Positions 11,477 through 25,386 are shown, counted from the first letter of the stretch. The stretch: DNA of 64,000 bases from Eledone cirrhosa (GCA_964016885.1 OZ024742.1:203670001-203734000); one strand, 5' to 3'. The notes: generated from the sequence alone by a model not told the origin. Numbers and translations: made by a program.

Positions 11477-14400
11477 TTACAGACACATACTCAGAGAAGG
11501 CCCATTCATTCGGGCCATACTTGCTTCTCTCACCCATCTTTCAACAAAATGCTGGGAAGAGAGCACTTCCCTCTCTACCCTGATTTTCCTTTTCAAATGA
11601 AATTTGAAAAAGTTAATCAGGGCATCACCGAAGAGGTAAGTGCTCGTCTTCAGCCCTTTCAAACGTGTCCACCATACTATCTCTTTCGCAATGGCCACCA
11701 GACAGATAAAAACTGCCTGCCCTTCCAGGCTAAAGGAAGGGGGCGGGGCAATCCTCACGATGGACTCAGCTGATAGCTGGATCCGTCCTACACGTGACAG
11801 CAGGTGTTCGACTTAAACCCACAAGTCAACAATGCTCGGACACTGGACGAGTGCGTGCAGGACTGTTTCGTCGCCCTGCGCGCATCTCGGACATGCCCGG
11901 TTGACGGCACCTCCATGCCTGTAGAGTTTATCCCGAACTGGCAAAGCTCCTCGGTAGCACTGCCAGGCCAGGGATTTCTGGAAGTTGTCCATAGGCCCCG
12001 GCCCGAAAGTCCTTCCGAAGAGATTGGCTAGTTGATTTTCGTCGACGCCTAGAGTTTCTCCAAGTACGTCGTCGCTCTTCCCCTCCACTAATCCCCTATA
12101 GAACGCCAAGGTGGAGTTTCCACCGATCACATTGCCCGATTGGTCGAGGGCTGTGAGCGCCTGAAGACATTCCAGTCTCCAAGCGCTCCCTCTCGGTCTT
12201 CGCTTGACCCAGGACTGCAGCTCCGTCAAGGAGACGAGCTGGGGAAAAACGTGTCTTGCAAACGGCGACCACACCTGATCACCGTCGAGGAAGAGGTGGA
12301 GATGTCGTAGCCTGAGCGCGTGTCTGCGCATCATCAGCCACGGCATGCCCAGCCCTCCACGTAGCGGGTGTTGACAGCAGATGGACCGCCTGACCATCGG
12401 AGCGCGTCCCTTCCACAAGAAGCGAAAGAGCAAACGCTCCAGCGCAGTCAGGCGGGGCTTAGGACAAGGTACGACGGTCAGGCGGTAGTAGATGACGGAT
12501 GCGATGTACGCATTCGCCACCTCCGCTCGACCTTTCAGGGATAGCTTCCTCTCGGCCCATTTCTGGGTGAGAGAAGCCACCCTGCTCGTCACCTCGTCCC
12601 AGTTTTTGTCCGTCTGGAGGTCTGGACCGAACCAGACCCCTAGCAATTTAACCGGTCCGTCCGTCCAGCGCCCGACGACGCTGTTGGACGGCATGGACCT
12701 GCCTCTCCAGGTGCCGAGCTTCAGGCCCACTGACTTTTCCTGGTTGATCATTGCTCCTGTCAGCGCTTCGTATTCTCTTAGTGTAGTGCCGATCGCCTCG
12801 ATGTGTTTGGCGTTCGACACCACTACGGTGACATCGTCGGCATATGCTGACACGGATCTTCCGCATTCTAGTTCGCGCGGGACCCCCCTCAACGTCTCCA
12901 GTTTGTTCAGTAATGGCTCGAGAGTCAATACGTACAATAGGGACGAGAGGGGACATCCTTGGCGGACCGAGCGCATGATGTTGAACGGTTCCGAAAGGTG
13001 ACCGTTCACTCTCACTACAGAGCAGATGTCGCTGTGCATGGCAGCGATCCAGCCTTTGAAGACGGGCCCAAAGCCAGTCGCCCTCAGGACTGCCGCTAGG
13101 TAACGATGGTCGACCCTATCGAAGGCTTTCGACTGATCTAAATTGATCAAAGACCCACCCGTGCCAGGTTCCCTAGCTACCCTCTCTACGATGTATCGCA
13201 TGAGGTGGAGGTTGTCGTGGATGGATCTGTCGGGAATGGCGCATGTCTGTGCCTCTCCCACCAGACCACCAACGACAAGCGCCAACCTCTTTGCTAGCAC
13301 CTTGGCCAAAATCTTGAACTCTGTGTTTAGCAGAGTTATGGGCCTAAAATTATCTATGTTATCCCCCTTGTTCGGATCCTTTCTCAGCAGCGCCACCGCT
13401 CCTCGGCTCACAGAGCTGGGAATTCTCCCGTTCTGTTGCCAGTTGCAGTAGACGTCCGCCAAGAGGCCTCCGAACAAGTTTGGCATTTGTACGTAAAGTT
13501 CATAGGGCAGACCATCCAAACCAGGCGATTTACCCCTTGTGCAACTAGTCATTGCATCCCGTACTTCAGCGGTTGTTATCGGCTTTTCGCAACACTCCGC
13601 CTCAGTGGCCGAAAGCCGCGGCAGTCCGTCGAGGTAGACACTAAAGTCCATCCCTCGATCCGGCCCGCCACTGCCCCCGAACAGTTGAGCGAAGTGTCGC
13701 TGAAAAGCTTCACACATTTGCCCGGGATCGAGTAGCATGCGCCCGTCGTGGTCCACCAAAGACCGGATCGTGGCTTTGTTGCCACGACGCGCCTCCGCCA
13801 CTCGGGCCCATTGAACGGCTTTCGTCCCCTCGTGTCTGAGAGCACGCACCCTAGCTCTGACAACGCAGCCTTCGTGCTTTGCATTGAAGAATTGGTCAAG
13901 GGCCAATTTCGCCGCAAGTACGTCGGTCGCGATGCCTTTGCTAAGCGCCTCATCTAATTTTCTAACTAATTCTCCCTCTGCTCTATTTTTCTCTATTGCT
14001 AAAGTCTTACTAAACCTAATGGACTCTATTCTAATTGCTCTTTTCAGAGCAAACCACCACTTGTTGTTGACGATGGCCCCCGTCAAAGCCCGCTTAACTA
14101 GTTCGCTAATCCGGTCTCTGTAGGCCTTGCGCGCTGGTAAGGACGCGTTTAGCTTCCAGTAGCCGGGTCCTCGTCTATGAAGCCTATCTAAATCAAGCAC
14201 ACAGATCACGAATTTGTGGTCCGTGTAGCTGACTATCTTGAATTGTGGACAGCCTATGCTAGACCTATCTATTTCCCTACAAAATACTCTATCTAGATAT
14301 GATCTGGATGACCCTATGCGATTTGTCCAAGTCCACATTGGTACATTCGGGAAATCCATTCGGTACCTGTCAGACAGTTCAAAACGTCTGAGCAGGTTGG

Positions 14401-14896
14401 TGAGACTCTTGCACCCTCCTTCCCTATCCACTAATCCCACACAATCCCAGCGTGCATCTAAGATCCCGTTCCAGTCGCCCACTAACACTAAAGAGCGGGA
14501 CGTTCCAAGAAAGGTCTCCAGACGCCGGAAGAAATCAGGCCGCCCTGCTCCTGTCGGGACATAGACGGCCACTAACCTGAAAGCTTGCCCGTCTCCGCTG
14601 GTCACGTCCAGCACCACCAACTTACCTTCTGGGTCCAGGAAGATGGCCCGTATGGCAAAACCCAAACCTCTCCGAAAAAGCACAGCAACTCCTCCCCCCG
14701 ATCCCGGACGGCTGGGAGATGCGTACACATCGTAGCCGCCGAAGATCGGTGCGAAAGCCTGTGCTTCGGAGATTCTGGTCTCGCTGATGGCCACTACATC
14801 TATGTTTAGTGACCTGAGGTCGTTGAGCAGGTGGCCCTTCTTCCATGACGACCCCAAGCCACGCGCATTTATGCTGCCTATTCTGAGTGAGGTCAT
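11477..14896 (-). pseudogene. LINE ORF2 (AP endonuclease + reverse transcriptase + C-terminal Cys/His motif), one in-frame stop
   Basis: SINARGL, ISET, VGDWN, SYLDR, TDH (APE); KSPGLDG, NFRPITLLN, DQSKAFDRV, VRQGCPLS, YADD (RT); CPRC..ETVLHALVQC. ORF 11477..11758 is in the same frame after the TAA at 11813-11815. Confidence 0.93.
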
Positions 14897-14930
14897 GTTG
14901 AAAAGGAGTGGAAAAGATGGGAAAGACCAC

Positions 14931-16886
14931 TTACCTTACTTCTCGTAGGGGAAGGACGGTTTCTCCATCCTTTTCACTGCTTGTGGCCTCCTCAGGAAGG
15001 ATGTCCTTATAAATCCTCCTGGAGAGTGCTTGTCGGAAGTCTCCGATGTCTTTGGGGAATTTTTGTTTTAGTGTCATGTACGTTTTCTGTGTGATGCGAG
15101 TGATTTGTATGTGTGGAGGTGGTGTGAATTTTGGGGTTGTTGTGTAGTCTTTTTCTGTGATGCTGGTGTTGTGTTGGATGTAGTGTAATAATTGCTTGTT
15201 GTTCAAATTTAATGCTGTGTAGTGTGTATCGTTTTGGTTGTTTTGTTTTGTTTGCGTTTGTTGTGGGTTTGTTTCTGTTTCGCATTTTGGTGACTTTTGT
15301 GGTATAGGTGATGGTGGTGCTGGGGTTAATGTTGGTGATGGTGTTGGTGTTTGGGTTGATGGGGTTGGTGATGCTGGTGTGGATGGTGGCATATCTGTCC
15401 TAACTTTTTTGTTTCTTAATTTATTTGTTTCCCTCTGTATTTTGTTTTTGGAGGGGGAAGGAAGAACATTTTTTTTGGGGGGTTTCTTTTTTTTTTCCGG
15501 ATATCGTTTCCCACTCCTCGTCGTCACAATCTGTCTCCAGTTGTGATAGGCCGGGGAGTGGAAAATTCTCCACAGCCGTTAGTTTTGGTTGTGGTGTGGT
15601 GGATGGTGTAGGCGCTGGTGCTAGTTCTGAAGCGTTGGGTGGTGGTGGTGTTGGTTTTGCTGGTGGTGGTAGTGGTGTTGGTTTTGCTACTGTTGCTGGG
15701 GTTGTTGCTGTTATAGTTGCTTCTATTGTTGCTGCTACAGTTGTTGCTGCCATCTCTGCTACTGGTGGTGTTGATGGTTGTGTCACTGGGGTGGGTAGGA
15801 GAGGTGGCCTCAACCTTTTAGCCTGAGGGCAGAAAGTCCTTAGGTGGGTTCCTTCACCACAAACGACACACCTAGGTCTTCTGCCCTCGACAATTACCGT
15901 GAGGTGGCTGCCGTCAGTGAGGTCTATTACCTCTGGGATCTCCTCAATGCTTTTTTGGTCCGCTTGGATCAGGAGCTCCATCCCAGAACCGGACCAGTTC
16001 TCCTGCTTTTCTTTTGCTATTGCTATTATTTTCGTGTTGGCCTCGATGCCGGCGAGGACAGCCGCTATTAGCCAGGGAATTTCGATGGCCGGTGGAACGT
16101 GGGTCACCCTGATCTTTACGAGTCTCTGGCCACAATAGCTTGGGACGAGTGTGAAGTCGTCACTTCTTAATGGGGCCATGGAGTGTTCTCTAGCCTCCTC
16201 TGGTGTTTCAAAGAACACGTCTACGGTTCCATACTTTTGCCCACGTCTGATGTGGGTTTTTCTTGCCCACACATGTCCCAAAGCTTTTTGGATTTGGGAC
16301 TCGGATACCCGTTCCACTCGGCGCGATTTTACATTTATTGTTCTATACGACACGGTGCATAGGCGCCGATGCTCCATTTTATTAGGTGGGGGGGTGAGGC
16401 TGAACCTGTACCCATCTTTCTTTACCATTTGTTTGGCATTTTCTAAATCTTCCTGAGTTACCGTAAATGCTTCGAACTGTTTTGCTACTCTGGCGAAACT
16501 GAGGGGGGGGGGGTTTATAATGTCATTGTTGTTGTTGTTGCTATCGTTAATATTAATTTTAGTTTCAGTTGTGGTGGTGGTGACGTCAGTCGTCTTTGGT
16601 GGGGAAGAGTCCATTTTGCTTGATTTCATTTCGACATCACGAGTTAATTTATTTTTTTCTTCTTTTGTTTCTGTTGTCGCGGTGGTGGTGGGGTGGTCGT
16701 GGTGGTGGTGGCGGCTTTAACACCTGCAGTCATTGGTAATGGCGGGAAATGAAAGTCTGCCTGAGACAAATTCAAAATATTGCTACTGCTTAAATTTTTA
16801 GTGTTGGCAAACGTAGTAATATTTATAATGGTGGTGTCGGTGTGAGGAGTTAGTTTGTGAGAAAGGAGTGATTCTGAGTCAGCCTT
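14931..16886 (-). pseudogene. LINE ORF1 (gag-like, single CCHC zinc knuckle), frameshifted
   Basis: EGRRPRCVVCGEGTHLRTFC in ORF 15421..16629. The C-terminus continues in 14931..15527 after a shift in an A run at ~15490. An upstream frame from 16886 (KLTPHTDTT) matches the N-termini of copies 2 and 3. Confidence 0.8.
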
Positions 16887-17100
16887 GATTTTTCAAAGAA
16901 AAATTTTTGTTTGATAATTATAAAAGTTTAAATTTTGGGCACAACGCCCCAATCTTTTTCGGTGTCCTTTTCAGATAACAATGTATGTGCACTTATATAC
17001 AGCTAACAATAAAAAGTTTCCATGAATGGCAATTTTAAACAACTGAAAATAACAAACCTTTACGGAGCTCACGATGATACGATTTACTACGTAGGTGGCC

Positions 17101-17154
<54 letters not shown>
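17101..17154. repeat. (AAT)18 microsatellite between two element 5' ends
   Basis: Perfect run separating the 5' end of LINE 1 from the truncated 5' end of the RLE element. Confidence 0.95.
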
Positions 17155-17159
<5 letters not shown>

Positions 17160-18640
17160 CAAATATCTAGGTGTTTGTGAAGGAGACGGAATCAAGCACT
17201 CGACAATGAGGGAAAGGATAAGGAAGGAATGTTACCGCAGAGTCAGAGCAATCTTAAGAACGGAATTGAATGCAAGGAATAGGATCGATGCCATAAACAC
17301 GCTTGCCATACCAGTAGTAACCTACAGTTACAATGTCATCAACTGGTCAAGCACAGAGATCCGTAGGCTCGATACAAAAATCCGAAAATTCTTAACCATG
17401 CACAGAATGCATCACCCTAAGGCAGACATAGATAGAATATATCTCCCTAGGAAAGAAGGAGGACGTGGGTTAATCCAGTTAGACATTGCGTTGAAAACTG
17501 CAACAATTGGATTATCCACATATCTAAGGGAATCACATGATTGGGTGATCAAACTCGTTTTGAAACACGAAAGCACCAAAAGATCATATTCCATTACAAA
17601 AGATGCACAAAGATACAGTAATGGACTACAAATTTCAGAAGTCCCATTTACTGCTGAAATGGAAAACACAGAAAAAGCAAAGCAGGTAAAAGTAACTGCA
17701 AAGAAAGAACTGCTACAGAAACTGGCTAAGAAATGGCAAGAAAAGCCTCTGTATGGAAAATACCCAGAGCGAGCTAACAATCCTGATGTTGACAAAACTT
17801 TAACCCATCAGTGGTTGGCATCCTCTGGACTGAAATCGGAGACTGAAGGACTGATTATCTCCGCACAAGATCAGTGTCTGCCAACAAAAAATTACCAAGC
17901 CAACATAATAAAAAATGGGTGCAGCCCATTATGCCGTGTATGCAAAAAACAACCAGAGACCATTGACCATATAATTTCAATGTGCAGTCCTATAGCTCCA
18001 ACCGAATACCTAAACAGGCATGACAGAGCTGCACAATACATACATTGGATAATGTGTAAGCATTTTGACCTGCCCCATCAAAAGAATTGGTGGGAGCATC
18101 AACCACCTCCCATACTTGAAAAAGATCACATCTCAATCTTGTGGAACTTTAGCATCCAAACAGACCGAAAAATAGATGCAAATAGACCTGATATAATATT
18201 GAAGGACTTTCAAAGGAGGGTATGCCTGCTAATTGATATGTCTGTTCCAATAGACAAGAATGTATCTATAAAAACATTTGAAAAATTGAGCAAGTATAAG
18301 GACCTGGAGATAGAAATTGGAAAAATGTGGAAATTGAGAACTAAAACAATACCAGTGGTTGTAGGCGCTCTGGGAATGATACCTAAGGGGTCTAACGACT
18401 ACTTATCGCAAATCCCAGGAAACCCGCGTATAGGAGAAATACAAAAGATAGTACTAATGGGAACTGCCCATATACTAAGGAAGATCCTGTCAATATAAGT
18501 ACATCACAAGTCTAAACACTAAGGATGCATGTGTGAATATGTGTGTTCTTTCTTGAACATGGCGGACCTTGTTGTCTCTTGAGGTCACTGGTTGTGACTT
18601 GGTGATAACTCGTATAAACATAAAGCAAGATAAATGCAAA
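17155..18640 (+). mobile_element. 5'-truncated R4/Dong-like non-LTR retrotransposon (RLE class)
   Basis: Open frame to 18498 with YKYLG, RIYLPRKEGGRGL, CRVC..ETIDHIISMC, RHD, RPD..LIDMSVP, K..KY (PD-(D/E)xK endonuclease). The 3' UTR is followed by (TAA)n. Confidence 0.9.
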
Positions 18641-18661
18641 TAATAATAGTAATAATAATTA

Positions 18662-19447
18662 TATCAGGACAAGATCAGTGTCTGCCAACAAAAAATTACC
18701 AAGCCAACATAATGAAAAATGGATGCAGCCCATTATGCCGTGTATGTAAAAAACAACCAGAGACCATTGACCATATAATTTCAATGTGCAGTCCTATAGC
18801 TCCAACCGAATACCTAAACAGGCATGACAGAGCTGCACAATACATACATTGGATAATGTGTAAGCATTTTGACCTGCTTCATCAAAAGAATTGGTGGGAG
18901 CATCAACCACCTCCCATACTTGAAAAAGATCACATCTCAATCTTGTGGAACTTTAACATCCAAACAGACCGAAAAATAGATGCAAATAGACCTGATATAA
19001 TACTGAAGGACTTTAAAAAGAGGGTATGCCTGCTAATTGATATGTCCGTTCCAATAGACAAGAATGTATCTATAAAAACATTTGAAAAATTGAGCAAGTA
19101 TAAGAACCTGGAGATAGAAATTGGAAAAATGTGGAAATTGAGAACTAAAACAATACCAGTGGTTGTAGACGCTCTAGGAATGATACCTAAGGGGTCTAAT
19201 GATTACTTATCGCAAATCCCAGGAAACCCGCGTATAGGAGAAATACAAAAGATAGTACTAATGGGAACTGCCCATATACTAAGGAAGATTCTGTCAATAT
19301 AAGTACTTCACAAGTCTAAACACCTAAAGATGCATGTGTGAATATGTATGTTCTTTCTTGAACATGGCGGACCTTGTTGTCTCTTGAGGTCACTGGTTGT
19401 GACTTGGTGATAACTCATCTGAACATAAAGCAAGATAAATGCAGCTG
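18662..19447 (+). mobile_element. Second, shorter 5'-truncated copy of the same R4/Dong-like element
   Basis: Near-identical to ~17867-18640 (QDQCLPT...ILSI* plus 3' UTR), with (TAA)n on both sides. Confidence 0.9.
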
Positions 19448-19746
19448 TAATAATAATAATAATAATAATGATTTCATTTATTGGCCACAGGGGCCGACAT
19501 ATAGATGACAATACAAAAGACTGGGACAGTGGGGTTTTACAGAAAAATCGAGTAAACAATATGAATAACAAAAACAAAGTAACAATAACAAAGTAATAAT
19601 AAAGTAACAAGAAAATTACAAGAAAAAATTCCCCAATAAGGGGGATCACCACCTAGGGTTCGCTCAGGTACCCCACCAGTCCTGAACGACCCGACGCTTC
19701 GAGAGCACCCTGGAAGGGCACCCCTCTCTTCTTCAAATTTACCTAC

Positions 19747-22700
19747 CTACAGCCGCATGACCAGAGGAGGCCCACTCACACGGGCCATTCTTGCCACATT
19801 CACCCACCTTTCAGCAAATGTACTGGGGGGCAGCACTTCTCTCGCCACCCTCACCTTCCTTTCCAAGTGAAACTTGAAAAAGTTGATGAGGGATTGGCCG
19901 AAGAGAAAAGTGTCTGTCTTCAGTCCTTTCAACCTCGTCCACCATACAATCTCTTTCGCTACTGTAACCAGACAGAGGAAAATTTCCTGCCCTTCCTGGC
20001 CAAAAGAAGGCGGCGGGTCGATCTGCACTATGGATTCGGCCGATAGTCGGATCCGTTCTACACGCGACAACAGCTGTTCAACATAACTCCTCAAGTCAGT
20101 AATGCACGGACATTGGACAAGTGCGTGCAGAACGGTTTCGTCGCTCTGCGCGCATCTCGGGCAGGTCAGTCTGACAGCACTTCCGTGCCTGTAGAGTTTA
20201 TCTCGAACCGGCAGTGCCCCCCGGTAGCACTGCCAAGCGAGGGATTTTTGGAAATTATCCATCGTCCCCGGCTCGAAAGTCCTCCGGTACAGACTGGTCA
20301 GTTCGACTTCGTTGACTCCCAGAGCCTCTCCGAGTGCGTCGTCACGCTTGCCCACCACTAATCCTCTATAGAACTCGAGAGTGGAAGTTCCACTGACCGC
20401 ATTGCCCGCATGGTAGAGGGAAGTGAGTGCCTGGCAACATTCCAGATGCCAGTCACCCAGTCTCGGTCTCTTCTTGACCCAGGACTGCAACTCAGTCAAA
20501 GAAACGAGCTGCGGAAAGGCCCGTCTGACAAACGGCGACCACACCTGTTCACCGTTTAAGCAAAATATCTGGAGATTCCGCAGCCTCAGCGCGTGCCTGC
20601 GCATCATTAGCCACGTCATGCCCAGCCCTCCACGTAGAGGGTGCTGGCAGCAGATGGACCGCCTCACCAGCGGAACCTGACCCCTCCACAAGAATTTGAA
20701 GAGGAGCCGCTCCAAGATGGCGAGGCGCGAACGGGGGCAAGGGACGACAGTCAGACGGTAGTAGATGACGGACGCGATGTACGCGTTCGCCACCTCCGCC
20801 CGACCTTTCAGTGATAGCTTCATCCCAGCCCATTTCTGGGTGAGACTGACTTCCCTGCCCGTCACCTCGTCCCAATTCTTATCCACCTGGGGGTCTGGCC
20901 CGAACCAAACCCCTAGCAACTTTACCGGTCCGTCCGTCCAGCGCCTAACGACGCTGTTGGACGGCATGGACTTGCCTCTCCAGGTGCCGAGTTGCAAGCC
21001 CACTGACTTTTCCGGTTTAAGTTTTGCTCCCGTCAACCTTTCATATTCCTCCAATAAGTTGCCGGCCACCTCGATTTCTGAGGTGTCCAACACCATCACG
21101 GTGATGTCGTCCGCATAAGCCGACACAGCCTTTCTGCGTCCCGGTTCGAGCGGGATGCCCTGCAACAGCTCCAGCTTCCGTAGTAAAGGCTCGAGAGTCA
21201 ATACGTACAGAAGGGGGAGGGGAGAGGGCACCCTTGATGGACCGATCGGGAGACCTGAAACGGTTCCGAGAGGTGGCCATTAATTTTGACCATCGAGCAG
21301 GTGCCGCTATGCATTGCAGCGATCCAGGTTCTGAAGACGGGGCCGAAGCCAGCCGCCTTGAGGACAGCCTCCAGGTACCGATGGTCGACCCTATCGAATC
21401 CTTTCGATTGATCTAAATTGATCAGAGTCCCACCGAAGCCAGATTTACACTCTACCCTCTCTATGATGTATCGCATTAGGTGGAGGTTGTCGTGTATGGA
21501 CCTGGTTGGGATTGCGCAAGTTTGCGCCTCCCCAACCAAATCCCCGACGACAAGCGCCAACCTCTTCGCTAACACCCTGGCCAAAATCTTAAACTCTGTG
21601 TTGAGCAGAGTTATGGGCCTGAAATTGTCTAATGTGTCCCTCTTGTTCTCGTCTTTCCTTATCAGCGTCACTACTGGGAATACTCCCGTTTTGCTGCCAG
21701 TTGCAGTAGAGCGCTTCGAGTAGATTGGAGAACAAGTCTAGCATATTGACGTAAAGCTCGTAGGGCAGACCATCCAAACCGGGTGACTTGTGCCTCATGC
21801 AGCCTACCAGGGCATCCTGAATCTCGGCTGAAGTAATTGGCCTTTCGCAGCGCCCAGCGTCAGCCGTCGAGAGTTGCGGCAAGCCATCGAGGTAGGGACT
21901 GAAGTCCGCCACCATCTCAGACCCGCCACTTCTCCCGAACAACTGAGCAAAATGTTGGCGAAAGGCCTCACACATCCTCTTGGAATTGCTCAGCTCGAGC
22001 CGGTCTCGGTCCGTCAAAGACCGAATCGTGGTTTTATTACCACGCTGCGCCTCTGCCACGCGGGCCCATCGAACAGCTTTGGTTCCCTCGTTTCTCAGAG
22101 CACGCGCCTTAGCTCTGACAATGCAACCTTCGTGTTTCGCATTGAAGAAATGGTCTAATGCCATTCTCGCCGCTAGCACATCAGTTGCAATGCCACTAGC
22201 AATAGCCTCGTCTAACTTATCTACCAACTCTCCCTCCTTTCTATTTTTCTCTAACGCTACTTCTTTCCTAAACTCTATCGATATTACTCTAATCTCTCTT
22301 TTGAGAGCCCCCCACCATCTATTGTTGACGACTCCCCCTGTCAACTTTTTCTTACTAAATTGTTGACCTGGTCCCTGTAAGCCTTACGTGCCGGATATGA
22401 CATGTTTAGCTTCCAGTAACCAGGTCCTAACCTATGCGTCTTATGTAGGTCGACCATACAGATCACAAGCTTGTGATCTGAATAGGCGACCGTTTCAAAA
22501 CGTGGACAGCTTACACTATTTCTGTCTATTTTCCTAATGAAGATCCTGTCTATATACGATCTAGATTACCCTATGCAGTTAGCCCAGGTCCACACTGGCG
22601 CATTAGGGAGACCTAGTCGGTAGCTGTCAGACAGTTGGAACTGGCTGATCAGGTTCTTGAGGCTTTTGCACCCCCCGCTCCTATCGGATACTCCCACACA

Positions 22701-23153
22701 GTCCCAGCGTGCGTCTAAGGTGCCGTTTCAGTCCCCCGCTAACAGTAAAGGGCGAGACGTACCCAGAAAGGCTTCCAGGCGTCTAAAGAAGTCCGGCCGT
22801 CTTTCCCCAGTAGGAGTATAGACGGCCACCAGTCTAAAGTCACCACCTTGATTATTGTTCACGTCCAGGACCACCAACTTCGCGTCCGGGTCCTGGAAGA
22901 TCGACCTTACCTCGAGATCCAGGCCTTTCCTAAACAGCACTGCCACCCCGCCTCACATTCCCGACTGGCTAACAGATGCAAAGATCTGATAGTCGTCGAA
23001 AATGGGGGCTAGTGCACGCGTGTCGGAAATCCTGGTCTCGCTGACTGCAATTACATCCATTTCTAGAGACCTGAGGTCGTTGAGCAGGTGACCCTGCTTC
23101 CAGGACGATCCCAGGCCTCGAACATTTAAACATCCTACTCTTAATACGGCCAT
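19747..23153 (-). pseudogene. LINE ORF2 (APE-RT), several frameshifts/stops
   Basis: Five collinear ORF fragments align to ORF2 of copy 1. Confidence 0.9.
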
Positions 23154-23184
23154 GTTGGCAGGTTAAACAGAGAGAGAGGAAGAT

Positions 23185-25132
23185 TTACTTACCTTCCGGG
23201 CTCTTGTGAAGGTCGGGTTGTTCGACCTCCATAGTTAGTGGGGTTTCTTTTGGGAACCCCTTTAAAAGTCTTGAAGTGGGTTTTACGTTCGGGGTTCCCA
23301 CGTCCCGAGGAAAGCTGTCTCGTATTTCTTTGAATATGTCGAGCGACATTTGCACCAGAACCAAATCTTCCGGCACGCGAAATGTGCTCGATTTAAACAT
23401 TTCCCCCTCTTTTTGTATATTTTCACTTCGTGCTACGAGGGCCATCAGTTCCTTGTTGGCCCTCCTGACGAGCACGAAGTTTTGTATGTTTTGTTGGTGT
23501 GATTTTATTTGTTTGCGTGGCTGTGGTGGTGATGGTTTTGGTGGTGTTGTTTCGGTTGTATCTGTGTTTGTTGTGAGTGCGGTGTTTGGTTTCAGATGTT
23601 TGTGTGTATATTAGTTCTTGCGTCTGTTTAGGTTGTTTGCGTTTGGGGGATTCTGGTGATGGTGATGGTGGTGTTGATGTTGGTGTTATTGGAGAGATGT
23701 TTGCGTGGGTGGTGTCTGCGTTTTTTATTGTGGGTGCTTTTGTGCTTTGTTGAGTTTTTTTTTTTTCTTTTTGTGTTTCCTTTTTTGTATTTTGGGGGAT
23801 TTGGGATTTCCCTCATTTTCACTACTGGTAGATGAGGGATCTGTGTCTGTAAGTGTGCCTGTATGTATGCTTATGGTTTTATTGGTGTGTGTATTTGGGG
23901 GGGGGATTTGACAGCTTTCCTCGTTTCCTCCCTGGGTGGTCAATGTTGGTGGTGGTCTTTCTATTGGTGTTGTTGTTGGTGGTTTTGCCGGTGTTGGTGT
24001 TGGTTGTGGTCCTCGCTCCGGCGACGGCAGCAGTGGAGCCTTTCGACCCCTTGCCTCTTTCAGCAGTTGAGGGCAGAAGGCTCGCAAATGGGTTTTTTCC
24101 CCACAAACAAAACACTGCGGCCTTTTGCCTTCGGTCATAATGTGAATGACCGTCCCATTCTGAAGGCGGATGTGGTGCGGGATTGTCTTCAAATTCTCGG
24201 GCCTGATCTGGAGAAGGATCTCAAGGTCAACCCCGGACCAGTCCTCTCTGGCAGTTCTAGTCACTTCTATAGGGACTTTATCCGTCCCCTCCACAATCAC
24301 ATATCCCAGAAGCCACCACATGTCAAGTTCTGGTGGGATTCTGGGAATGCAGAGACGAGCCGTTCTTTTTCCCATGTGGGAGGGGTACATTATGACCTTG
24401 ATGGTTTTGCAAGGAGTCATGGCGTTTCATCGCGAGGGCTTCTGACTTGAACAACACCGAAATGGTGCCGTACTGTCTGCCCCTCTCTATGTAGTGGGTG
24501 TCTTCTCTGATGCACCTCAGCGCGACTTCGACATCATCTTGTGGGATTAAAGCTGCCCCTTTGGTTTGTGCTGAGATGCATCTATAATGCACCGTTTTGC
24601 GCTCCACTGCCTCAATAGCTCCTACCGGGACAGTTAAGTTGGCCCAGGTTTGCTCTTGCCTGGGCCAACTTTTCATCTTTGTTTGAGAGGTCCATGTTGA
24701 AGCATGGCCTCTTTTTTGCTGCTGCCGCAGCGAAAGTGTTCTTCGTGTTTTCGTTGGGGGTTTTGTTGTCGTTGTTCTTCTTGGTGTTGTTGTTAGCACT
24801 GTCGCTGTTGTTGTCTTTGTTGCCACCGTTGTTCTCGGTGCAGTTGGTATTGTTGCTGTTGGTGTTGTCGCTGTTTGTTTTCATGTTAGTGGTATTGATA
24901 TTGTTGTTGTATTTGTTATTTTTTTTTTTGTTATCTGTATTTCGTTGTCGCTGTTACTGTCATTTTTTTCAAAATTAGAATTCTTATTGGTATCATTGGT
25001 GTCTTTGTTTACCTTGTTTGTGGCGGTGTTTGTGTTATCAATGTGTGTTAATTTCGCTGTAGCGCTCCTCTCAACTTCTACGTCGCTGTCGCACCACAGC
25101 CGACATATTGCTGGGGGGCGTGGCTCAGCCAT
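23185..25132 (-). pseudogene. LINE ORF1 with CCHC knuckle, frameshifted
   Basis: MAEPRPP..., Asn/Thr-rich tract, ERGRQYGTI, EGKRPQCFVCGEKTHLRAFC, ending SPEGK*. Confidence 0.8.
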
Positions 25133-25339
25133 GTTTTTTTTTTCTTCGTAAATTTTTTAACATGTAAAAAAAAGTTCAAATATTTGGGCCAAAAGGCCCA
25201 AATATTATACTTTCCCCTTCACGGGGCAAAGTCTAAGGGCTTATATCCCTTACACAACAAGAAATATTTAACAACAAATAATTTTAACAGGCAAATAAAG
25301 CGACTTACTGTGAGCGAGCAAAATACGTCCGCTTAGACC

Positions 25340-25384
<45 letters not shown>
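25340..25384. repeat. (AAT)15 microsatellite between LINE copies 2 and 3
   Basis: Perfect triplet run. Confidence 0.95.

Positions 25385-25386
<2 letters not shown>

Larger units (their letters stand above)
11234..17100 (-). mobile_element. Full-length Tx1/L1-clade non-LTR retrotransposon, copy 1
   Basis: 5' UTR, ORF1 with CCHC knuckle, ORF2 with APE-RT-Cys/His motif, 3' UTR with AATAAA. (ATT)n lies on both sides. Confidence 0.93.
19470..25339 (-). mobile_element. Full-length Tx1/L1-clade retrotransposon, copy 2 (frameshifted)
   Basis: ORF1 pieces 25132->23185 (QCFVCGEKTHLRAFC) and ORF2 pieces 23153->19747 (LNVRGL, VSET, KSPGLDG, FRPITLLN, YADD, CPRC). (ATT)n lies on both sides. Confidence 0.92.

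Noticed and set aside
15421-15527. Programmed ribosomal frameshift within LINE ORF1
   Set aside because: Copy 3 reads through the equivalent region in one frame. The shift sits in an A run and is better explained by mutation or sequencing error.
17095-17154. Poly-Asn N-terminus of the RLE protein
   Set aside because: It is the flanking (AAT)18 tract read in frame; the element is 5'-truncated at ~17155.
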